Of a DNA stretch of 64,000 bases, positions 53,070 to 64,000 are shown in pieces. The notes under the pieces were generated by a model. That model ran no database searches and was not told where the DNA came from. It was given only the letters and a program-made list of their open reading frames with translations. Position numbers and translations under genes: made by a program. The DNA comes from Octopus sinensis (taxonomy: Eukaryota), in contig NC_042998.1 in the NCBI RefSeq assembly GCF_006345805.1, forward strand, positions 82,894,001 to 82,958,000, written 5' to 3'. The stretch's first letter is position 1. Each line of letters begins with the position of its first letter.

Positions 53070-54302
53070 TATCATTATCATCTTCATTCAATGTCTGCTT
53101 TCCATGTTGGCATGGGCTAGACGGTTTGACTGAAGACTGGTAAGCTGGAGAACTGCACTAGATTCCAGTCTGATTTGGCATGGTTTCTACAGCTGGATGC
53201 CCTTTCTAATGCCAATCACTCCAAGAGTGTAGTAGGTAAGTTTTATGTGTCACAAGCACAGGCACCAGTTATGCAGCATCTGCATAAGCCATGGCTATGA
53301 TCTTACTTGGCTTGACAGGTTTTCTCAAGCTTGGTATATCACCCAACATTCAAAGGTGCTTTTTACATGCCACTTACATGGCATTGGTGACAGTCACAAC
53401 TACGACTTCACTTAGCTTCATGGATCTTCTCAAACACAGCATATCACCATAGGTCTTGGTCAGTAGTTATTACCTCCATGAGGCACAACATTACAAGATC
53501 ATGCTTCACTGCTTCATCTTGGGTCTTCTTGGGTCCACCTCTTCCACAGGTTCCCTCGTCTATATGCATCACATGACTACACCAGGATAGTCGTCTCTCT
53601 TGTACACCACATCCAATGTCTCCTATGCCCAACCCCTCTCTCAAGACACCTACACTCTGTTATGCATGCACACTGACATTACACATCCAGCAAAGCACTC
53701 TAGCTGTCACAGCCCATGTTTCACTGCCATGTAGCATGGCCATTCATACACAGGCATCACACAATCTACCTCTCACTCTGTTACCAAAAGAGGTAGGTGC
53801 TCTCTGAACCTTACCCAGCCTACTCTTATTCTAGCAGCTATGCTCTCGGAGTATCCACCCCTACTACCAACTTGGTAACCAAAGCAATGGATGCTATCAA
53901 CTACTTCTAGCATCTTCCACACACAAAATCTATTTTCCCTGTTAACCTTCCTCTGATATTGCTGCACTTCTTATGTGTCCATGGCTTACACCAGGTACAT
54001 CTTATGGAGCTTCTATCTACACCTTTTCTACAGATTGAGCAGGGCTATCTACCTGAAGGGATTTGTGATCCATCTGCTCTCCCACTTACCAACACCCTAG
54101 CCCTTGCCAGATTAACTCTAAGGACCTTTGATTCTAGACCCTGCCTCCACATACGAAACTTCTCCAGTTCTGTGATTTGACTACAAGAACAAGATCATCA
54201 GTACAAAGGAGCTCTCAGGGATATCCCATCTTGAACTCCTTTGTTATTGCCTGGAGGACTATGATGAACAAGAGGGAGCAGAGACGAATCCTTGGTGAAC
54301 CG
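53070..54302 (-). mobile_element. RTE LINE 3' fragment
   Basis: Decayed GDSSL..LLFIIVLQAIT, LEVVDS..GYQV, ARIRVGWVRFRE and ERRLSW motifs, 3'UTR and GAT tail. Confidence 0.85.
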
Positions 54303-54499
54303 CCTATATACATATATATATAGGGAGAGTTTACGAAAAAAACAAAAGACGAAGACAGGTGGTGTACAAAACAAACAGATGTATTAGTATAACACTCAGG
54401 AATAGAAAAAGTGTTTTACGCTCTTCTACAGAAAGGGACACAGAAAAAACAAGGAGAGAAACAAAGCGAGAAAAAAATGTGTGTAGTGGCTAACGATCT

Positions 54500-54538
<39 letters not shown>

Positions 54539-54967
54539 CATGCATCTAAACGTGTATGTGTGTGTGTGTATGTGTGTGTGTGTGTGTGTGTAAGTATGCA
54601 TGCATGTATTTATATTACTTTGGATATAACAATCATGAAAAATGGTTTCTCAAACACATATAAATATATACATACACACATGAATGCATTCACATACACA
54701 CATATATGCGTGTGTGTGTGTGTGTGTGTGTGTAGGTGCGTAGGTGGTGTAAGAATCAATTAATGAATGACAAAGCAGGCGTTTTGCAGTCACTTTCATT
54801 AGCTTACTACTGTTTCTGCTATAAAAAAGTGAGCATCCAGAGCTGAGTGCAAGTGTGGCATCTAATAGTTATAGATTCAGCAGAGTTATTTGAATTAAAT
54901 GTTTCTTCGTTGCATTTAAATACATATAATTGGGTACATCTAGACACACTGAGTTCTTTTTTAGCAG

Positions 54968-55365
54968 GGCCTCATGGAGGCAAAGTGGCTGAGTTCCTTT
55001 TGAGTGTTGGGCCTCATTGAGGCAAAGTGGCTGAGTTCCTTTTGAGTGTTGGGCCTCATTGAGGCAAAGTGGCTGAGTTCCTTTTGAATGTTGGGACTAA
55101 CGGAGGCAAAGTGACTGAGTTTCTTTTGAGTGTTGGGACTAACGGAGGCAAAGTAACTGGGTTTCTTTTGAGTGTTGGGCCTTATTGAAGCAAAGTGGTT
55201 GAGTTCTTTTCAAACATTAGGCCTCATGGAGGCAAAGTGTCTGAGTTCCTTTTGAGTGTTGGGCCTCATGGAGGCAAAGTGGCTGGGTTCCTTTCGAGCA
55301 TTAGGCCTCATGGAGGCTAAGTAGCTGAGTTCCTTTCGAATGTTGGGCCTCACAGAGGCAATGAT
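54968..55365 (+). repeat. 42-bp minisatellite (~9.5 copies) fused to an RTE 3' end (to ~55655)
   Basis: Unit GGGCCTCATGGAGGCAAAGTGGCTGAGTTCCTTTTGAGTGTT; the last unit runs into RTE LGLTEAM sequence. Confidence 0.9.
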
Positions 55366-57764
55366 TGAGACCTTTGTCATTATGTCGTGCTTGAGAAGAA
55401 AACCCATGAAGCCAAGCAGAATTGTAGTCATGGTAGATACTGGTGTCACACAAATGGCACCCATGCCAGTGACATATAAAAGCCCCTATTACACTCATGG
55501 AGTGGTTGGCATTAAGAAGGGCATCCCACCATAGAAAACCATGCCAAATCAGATTGGTGTCTGGTGCAGCCTTCCAGCTTACCAGCCCTAGTCAAACCAT
55601 CCAACCCATGCCAGCATGGACACTGGCTGTTAAATGATGATGATGAAAATGATGAAATCACCTAGAGATTTATAAGTAAAAAATCTTTTGTCTTTCATTT
55701 GGTCCTTTTTATTAAAGAGTTTTTTGTAATTCCCTTTTAATCCTTCATGTTTAGTTTGGAACTAATAACATTCCTAAATCTATCAATGCTTCCAGACTGT
55801 GCTGATCTCACCATTTTAATGAAACAGTAAGTGGCATGTTGGTGATGTGTTTTGTGTGAAGCAACAAAGAATCATGTGAGTAATGTTGTAACTGATAAAA
55901 TCTTTATTATCTTCTTTTGAAATTGTTTAATGGTTAACTTCTGGTCAGTTTCACAGTTTATTTTACGAGTAAACTATTTGTGTGTTAATCTTGGTTTATA
56001 TTTGCTATTATTTAAGTCCCCATTGTTAATCTCTCATGTTTATTTATTGTGAAATTCTATCCAGAATAGTAGTATTGTCAGCTAATGTTTTCCTAACTGG
56101 TTAATGTAGTATATGATTATCTGATATAACAGCTGCTTCAGTGATAAAATTTACAATTTTCATATTTACATTGAAGTTTGTATGTAATAAAGTTATATAT
56201 TATGAATGTATGTTCTCTAGTTTGCCAGATATTAGTTCCATGTTAATGGAAAGGATACATTTTGTGTTCTCATTATAATTATTGTACCAATGTAATATTA
56301 CCTGAATTTATTCACAGTGACATATGTATATTCCCCACAGTAAATGTTATATGATGGGTAACACTCTAGTATCAGTTAATCTATACTCACTGCTTACATT
56401 AGCAATTTACTAATAGATGGGAGAAGGAATAGCAGAAGGAAGAGAAGAATTAAGAAAAGGAGGTGGAGGAGCAAAACGGAAAGTAGGGAGAAAAATGAGG
56501 AGGATAATGGCAGGCAATAAAACAGTAATAATTGCAAGTTACATTCTAAAATATGTCAAATGCAACCCTCTTCTCTTCATCTTCAGGATTTTGTTACTAT
56601 TATGGTTAAGATAAATGAGTGCAAATACACATGCATATGAGCATATATATGTATGCATGTGTGCATCTGTGTATACAAACGCTATTTAAAATAAGATCAA
56701 TAAAGGGGTATTTCTTTCATTGATTTGTTTTAACAAGAAAATCATTTTAATAGTTTCAATGTATCTGAATATATTTTACATATAATTACATATATTTTAT
56801 AGACTTTGTGTAAACTAGGTTCTAACAGAAACTATGTGTTTACATGTTATTAAAAATAAAAACTGAATCTTTCGTGCAGATATATAAAAGCCAGCAGAGA
56901 GGTAATGACTACAAAGGGAAAGACTGAACTCTGGATTTTTATCCATTTTTGTATTAGCTTTGTACGTCACGAAATATGCCATTTAATGAAACATAAACAC
57001 ATATTTAAGTAATGCAAGCCTTTAAAATATGAAACAAATTAAAATCAATCATTGCACTTGAATTTTTTAGTTCAAAACTTTATGGTATTATTCATAAGGC
57101 AGTGAAAACGCTTACTGCTAAAAGAAATGAGATAACTCAAGCACTCAGCATATACTAACAGGCATATACTTGTGTATGTACATACATATATGTACTTGTA
57201 CATGTTAATGTTTGTTTCTTAGTCAAGTTATAATAAAAACAATTTAACATTAAACTGAAGAATTACTTAATAATTTTTGTGGAGCAGATGCTTATTATTT
57301 TTTTTTTACAAGAATAAGGGTGAGAGTGACTTCAAAGTTTCAACCTGCTAATGTTCCTCAGACTGGAAGCCACACACACACACACACATGCATACATATG
57401 TTCATGCATACATACATGCACGCACACACATGCACAGAGACTCATACACACACACATGCACACACTCATACATACATATATTCATGCATACACACACACA
57501 TATACGTACATACATATATATATATACACATGTATGTTCATACCAGATATTGGCAATCGATCTACAGATTGAACCAAGGAAAACAGGTTTTCCATTTGTT
57601 TTGCAAATCAATTATACTATCGGTTGCAACCCCTGATAGAAGTCTTGCTGTTTCTTGGTAATGGGACCAGGTTTGAATTCAGAAAGCACAGACTTGAACA
57701 GACAGTGCAAGGCATCCAATTTGAAGCTCTACCAATTTCACCAATCCAAATGTGATCAATGCCT

Positions 57765-58078
57765 GAGTGGCATGTAAAAAGCACCATCCGAATGTGGTAG
57801 ATACCATAACCCCCAGACTGACTCCCATGCCAGTGGCACATAAAAAGCACCATCCGAACATGGCTGATGTCAGTACCCCTTGATTGGCTCCTGTGTCAGT
57901 GGCATGTAAAAAGCACCCACCACACACTCAGAGTGGTTGGTGTTAGGATGGGTTGTAGAAACATTGCCACATCAGATTGGAGCCTGGCACAGCTTCTGGC
58001 TCTCCAGACCTCAGTCAAACTGTCCAACCCATGCCAGCATGGAAAACAGACATTAAAGATGATGATGATGATGATGAT
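57765..58078 (+). mobile_element. RTE 3'-end derived repeat
   Basis: Tandem GTGGCA(T/C)(G/A)TAAAAAGCACC units, conserved 3' block, GAT tail. Confidence 0.85.
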
Positions 58079-59209
58079 CACCCTTGGCAGTGAATATATG
58101 TAGAATATACCTCTCATCAAAAAGTCCATTTAACTCTAAATTCTATCAACTGTCCAAATTCTACTCTCATTTGATAAGCTCACACTAAACAAACATGTGG
58201 CCACCTGTCATGAATCATTTTGATTTAATTCATTGTATACATGAGTGTGTGTGTTTGTACATATGTGTGCATGTATGTATGTGTTCATGCGTGTGTGTGT
58301 GCTTGTGTGTGTGTGTGTGTGTGTGTGTGTACTGAAAATCTATCATGAATATATGATCAAAGGAAACCAGGAAACTATGAACATTTTTAAATATTTGAAT
58401 ATAGAACCATGTTGAAATAAAAGTATTCCAATATCATAGGTAAATGTTACAAAATAATAAAAATAAAGATTATCAAAAGCTTATGAAAGGTTTTCTTAAA
58501 CTAAGAATCAGGAAATAACTACAAGAACTTATGAGAATGGTTTCATATTAATCTAGGAAGGCTAACTGGAAAAACTAGGAAAGATTGCTTAACTTTTAGG
58601 GCATTTAGACAATTCGTATGGTTTACAATTTTTATTCTTTTATTCTTTTACTTGTTTCACTCATTTGACTGCAGCCATTCTGGAGCACCGCCTTTAGTTG
58701 AACATATCAACCGCAGGACTTATTCTTTGTTAGCCTAGTACTTATTCTATCGGTCTCTTTTGCCAAACCACTAATTTACATGAACATAAACACACCATCA
58801 TTGTCACCATCATTGTCAAGCACTGTTGGTGGGACAAACACATACAGACGTGTATATATATATATATATATATATACGACGGGCTTCTTTCAGTTTCCAT
58901 CTACCAAAACCACTCACAAGGCTTTGGTCAGCCTGAGGCTATAGTAGAAGACACTAGCCCAAGGTGCCACGCAGTGAGACTGAACCCAGAACCATGTGGT
59001 TGGTAAGCAAACTACTTACCACACAGCCACTCCTGCGCCTATATTCAAGAAATATTTGTTTTCGTTTTTACATATAACCATTGACTTTATAGAGACATCT
59101 AAATGTTAAAATTATTCCTATTCTAGTTCATGAATATGCCAAAATTTTGATCTTTTCCAAGTATTATGGTCAGACTTATGTGATCTTCATTGCCAGAAGA
59201 TGTACAAGA

Positions 59210-60095
59210 GACATAAAGACCACAGATACATGGGAAAGTGACTTCCTTAAATGTCCTGGTAGCTCTCTGGAACTTGCAGGTAAATTTTGTTACCTTCGTG
59301 TCCTAATTAGCAATGGAGGAGATTGTGCAGAAAGTACAATTGCTGGAATAAGAATATGATGGAGAAAGTTCAGAGGGCTTCTACCTCCATTGGTAACCAA
59401 AGGTCTCTCTCTCTCTCTCTCTCCCCAAGCGAAGGGAAGATTGTATGATGCATGTGTATGAACTGTGATGCTGCATGGTAGTGAGATGTGGTCTCTGAAT
59501 ACAAAAGACATGCAAAGGCTGGAGAGGAATGAAGCTGATATGCTCCACTGGAAGTGTGATGTCAGTGTGCATGTGTGACAGAGCATTGGTGTATTGAGAG
59601 AGAAGTTGGGCATAAGAGGAATTATAAGCAGTGTGCAAGAGAGGAGACTGCTCGGGTTTGATCATGTGATGCAGATGGATGAGGACACATACATAAAGAA
59701 GTGCCAATCACTTAAAGCTGAGGGCAGTTGTGAATGAGAGAGAGACCCAAGAAGACAAAGGATGAAGTACTGAAAATGCTGAAACAAAAGACATGACAGA
59801 GGGCCAAGATATGTGGTGCATTGCTGTACTCAAGAAGACCCACCCACCACAACAGAATTGAGATCCTAAAACCAAAGTCTCATATAAGAAGCATAGGTGT
59901 GGGTGTTGCTTCCACATAAAAAGCACTGGTGATGGTGCCATGTAAAAAGCACCCAGTACATTCTGTAAATTGGTTGCTGTTAGGAAGGGCATCAAGCCAA
60001 AACTGACAATGGAACCTGGTGTGGGCCCTACCCTTTGCAGTTCCTGTTAAGCTATTCCACCCATTCCAGTATGGAAAACTGATTTCAAATGAAGG

Positions 60096-60131
<36 letters not shown>

Positions 60132-60160
60132 CGACGACAATGATGATGATGATGATGATT
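59210..60160 (+). mobile_element. RTE LINE 3' fragment
   Basis: KFCYL, KGRLYDACV*TVMLHGSEMW motifs, 3'UTR and GAT tail. Confidence 0.85.
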
Positions 60161-62664
60161 CAAGGTATGAGGTAGATGTAAGTTAACTCTGCCTCTACAT
60201 TAGACTCTAATGAATACAGAGTAGTATTAATAAATGATCGGTGATTCTGAAAGTATTGGTTTCAAACTTTAGCACAAGGCCAGCAATTTTTAGAGAAGTG
60301 GGGAAGTTGATTGCATTGACTCCAGTATTGAATTGGTCTTTATTTTATCGATCCTGAAAGGATGAAAGGTAAAGTTGACCTTGGCAGAATTTGAACTCAG
60401 ATCGTAAAGACAGGCAAAATGCCACTGAACATTTTGCCCCATACAATAGCAATTCTGCCCATTTGTCTTCTTAATGATTCTTAAACTATTAAATGTGTAA
60501 TCATCATTTAGAACAATAAGTAATAAGGAAGTCAAAGATTTGTTCCAAAATTCATGAGGTTTAATAATCCTTACTAAGAAAGAAACAAAACTTGCCCAGG
60601 TTCCCAAAAATCAAGCTAGATATTTTCATGGAAATATAATAATGATTTCAAATTTTGCCACAAGGGCAGTAACATTGGGGGAGGGGATGAGTCAATTACA
60701 TTGACCCCCAGCGTTCAACTGGTACTTATTTTATTGACCCCTAAAAGATGAAAGGTAAAGTCAACCTCAGTGGAATTTGAACTCAGAACATAGTGACAGG
60801 CAAAATACCACTAAGAATTTCATCCAGCATGCTAACGATTCTACCAGCTCGCTGCCTTCATGAAAATATAATAATAATAATGAAATTATTGTGTATAGTG
60901 CTCAAGTGCACTACAACAATATAAACAGGCATTTAAGATAATACTTAAGATAATATTTAAATGTATCAATAAATAGGAAGGATATGGAATGAGGTGATTG
61001 GATGCAACTGTTTAGATGTTGATGGTTTGGCACAGCTGACCAGACATTGAACCTGATTTGGCAAAGATGTAATTTGGGACTGGAGGCAAACATGCAGGCC
61101 ACCTTAATCAAGGGTGAAATATTGATTTCAAATTTTGGCACAAGGCCAGTAATTTCAGGGGAAGGGGTAAAACAGTTACATCAACCCCAGTGCTCAACTG
61201 GTACTTATGTTATCAACACTGAAAGGATGAAAGGCAAAGTCAATCCTGGTGGCATTTGAAATCAGAATGTAAAGTCAGAAGAAATGTGGCTAAACATTTT
61301 GTCTAGTGCAGTAATGACTGTGCCAGCTTGCCACCTTAAACAAGACCAGATAATCTTATACTGTGATTATAGCTCAAAGCCGACAATCTAAATAGAAATT
61401 CTGAGAGTTTTCTTACTCTGTTGGTTTATACACTGGCATATATGGTAGTGCCATAATTAATAGCATTTATGTTGTGACTTGTGTGAGATTCCAAATTGTT
61501 ATCTCTCCTGTGAATGCTCACCATGGAATCTGTCATCAATTGTAGATTCTAAGATTTTATAATTGTCTAGAAGCTTCTGTAAGAGCTGATTGGCCGAATT
61601 TCAACAATTGGCAGAACATTCAGGTGATTTCTTTGACTGAAATAAGTTCATGCTTCTAGTATTAATTCTAAAGAAGAGTCACAACACTAATAACATTTTA
61701 GCGCCAAGAGAACTGAACAAAGTTGATTGGTTGCTGCTAACTGCCAATGTATCTATGTATGTAGATGCGCATCTAATTGTCTGAGCATACAAGATAGAAA
61801 CAGGAAGGCCATAAGAAAAGTAATAGTAAAATCTAATATCTCTTTCTGACAGCTATGCAAACTGAGGTAATGTAGAACAAAGTGGGGTCCCCCTCTTCCC
61901 CCAGGAAATATTAAAAGCCTGTAATGGTTTTCAAATAATAATCCATAAGCAAAATAACACAACAGGTTCATACCCTGCAATCCCCATTCTTTATGATGAA
62001 ATACTTCATGGATAAAAAATTCCTTTATTTCATCCGTTGTTTTTTATTTATGAGCTTCATAGGCACAAGAGTGGCTGTGTGGTAAGTAGCTTGCTTTCCA
62101 ACCACATGGTTCCGGGTTCAGTCCTACTGTGTGGCACCTTGGACAAATGCCTTCTACTGTATCCTTGGGCTAACCAAAGCCTTGTGAGTGGATTTGGTTA
62201 ACTGAAACTGAAAGAAGCCTGTCATGTGTGTGTGTGTGTTTGTCTGTATTTGTCTCTCCACTATCACTTGACAACCGATGTTGGTGTGTTTATGAGCCCA
62301 TAATCTAGCAGTTCAGCAAAAGAGACCGATAGAATAAGTACTAGGCTTACAAAGAATAAGTCCTGGAGTCGATTTGTTCAACTAAAGGCGGAGCTCAAGC
62401 ATGGCCACACTCAAGATGACTGAAAACAAATAAAAGGAAAAATTCTGTAACAAGTCATAGACTAGTAAACTCAATCCCTTGCCATATTCTTAGTTGTATC
62501 TTTGTATACCAAGGTTGATGTTTTCATTCTTTCGTGGCTGATCACCAATAATTACCAAATACTGAAATTAATTTAATCAACAATATCCTTTCTCAAAATG
62601 ACATGATTTTATGCTCACATTTGAAATCTTTTACAACAATAATTATCAATTAGCCAGCAGTACA

Positions 62665-63745
62665 TCTTACAAGTTGGCCAGGGGGAGAAACTAGAAGTAG
62701 TTGATAGCTTCTGCAACCTAGGTGACCAAGTTTGTAGTGGGGATGGATGCTCAGGGAGTGCTACCACAAGAATAAGAATAGCTTGAGTAAAGTTTAGAAA
62801 GCTTCTACCACTACTGGTGACAAAGGGCTTCTCACTCAGAGTAAATGGTAGATTGTACGATGCATATGTGCAAACTGCCATGCTTCACGGCAGTGAAACA
62901 CGGGCCATGACTGCTGAAGACATGTGTAGGCTTGAAAGAAATGAAGCTAGCATGATCCGTTAGACGTGTAATGTCAGTGTGCATACACGACAGAGTGTAA
63001 GTGCCCTGAGAGAAATGTTGGACATAACAAGCATTGGGTGTGGCATGCAAGAGAGATGTTTGCATTGGTATGGTCATGTACTACAGATGGATGAGCAGAG
63101 CTGTGTGAAGAAGTGCCACTCCCAAACAGTTGAAGGAAAACGGGGTAGAGGGAGAGCCAGGAAGACATGGGATGAGGTGGTGAAGCATGACCTTCAAACG
63201 TTGGACCTCACAGAGGCAATGATGAAAGACTGAGACCTCTCGAGATATGCTGTGATTGAGAAGACCCGGCAAATAAAGTGAGGTCACAACTGTAACCTAT
63301 ACCAGTGTTGCATAACCAGCCCACTCAAAAGTACCTTGGATCATAGGGTAACATGCTGTGCTTGAGGAGACCTATTGAGTCAAGTACATCAAAATCAAAA
63401 TCAAATCGAAATTGTAGCTGTAATCTCTGTGCAGGTGGCACATAAAAAGCACCATCTGAACATGGCTGATACTTGTGCCACCTTGACTGGCTTCCATGCC
63501 AGTGGTACATAAAAAGCACCTACCGATAATGGTCATTGCCAGCCTCCTCTGGCCCCTGTACAGGTGGCACGTAAAAAGCACATACTACACTCTCGGAGTG
63601 GTTGGCGTTAAGATAGGCATCCAACTGTAGAAATAATGCAAGATCAGACTGGAGCCTGGTGCAGCCTCCAGGCTTCCCAGACCCCAGTCGAACCATCCAA
63701 CCCATGCTAGCATGGAAAATGGGCGTTAAGCGATGATGATGGTGA
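62665..63745 (+). mobile_element. RTE LINE 3' fragment
   Basis: EKLEVVDSFCNLGD, MLHGSET, LHWYGHVLQM, RGRGRARKTW, 3'UTR repeats, GAT tail. Confidence 0.9.
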
Positions 63746-64000
63746 TAAAACTCAGATACAAGGGAAAACAAAAAAAACTAACATGTGAAGATATTACTAT
63801 AATTTATTTTGGAAAATAGTAAAACAAAAGTGATTGTAAAAATCATAATTGAAACTGTGCCGTCACCATACTGTTGACTAGACAGTGTCTCTTGTAACTG
63901 AGATAAGTTAACAGATGTCGATGTTGAAGATTTGGTGCCCAAGAAGGTAAGGGGCATTAACAATATGAAAGCAGACAAAAAAAAATAGGGAAAGAATTAT

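Noticed and set aside
54968-55365. CRISPR-like array
   Set aside because: Head-to-tail 42-bp units with no unique spacers, no cas genes, eukaryotic RTE origin.
63916-63947. Plus-strand exon ending AAG|GTAAGG
   Set aside because: No polypyrimidine tract at the candidate acceptor, stops upstream in all frames, no homology.

Overview
AT-rich, microsatellite-saturated eukaryotic DNA whose repeat families point to an octopus (coleoid cephalopod) genome; this is inferred from repeat content only. No intact host protein-coding gene can be supported: nearly all ORF-track entries are microsatellite or antisense artefacts, and there is one weak minus-strand exon candidate. The window is a dense mobile-element graveyard: Tx1/L1-clade, R4/Dong-clade, RTE and CR1-like LINE fragments, Penelope-like pieces, Helitron 5' ends, maT/mariner/hAT/MULE-like DNA elements, a solo LTR and several tRNA-derived SINE families. 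Most notable: (i) a U2 snRNA-headed, R4/Dong-tailed chimeric retroposon in a (TAA)n tract; (ii) fold-back elements carrying hammerhead ribozyme motifs, one with a complete core (36562-36609); (iii) retroelement clades sorted into different microsatellite types; (iv) a Tx1 copy ending in a self-primed 113-bp-arm hairpin; (v) a Meta-domain SINE sharing its 3' tail with the Tx1 LINEs. Coordinates were read by eye; ends lacking a TIR or TSD are approximate.
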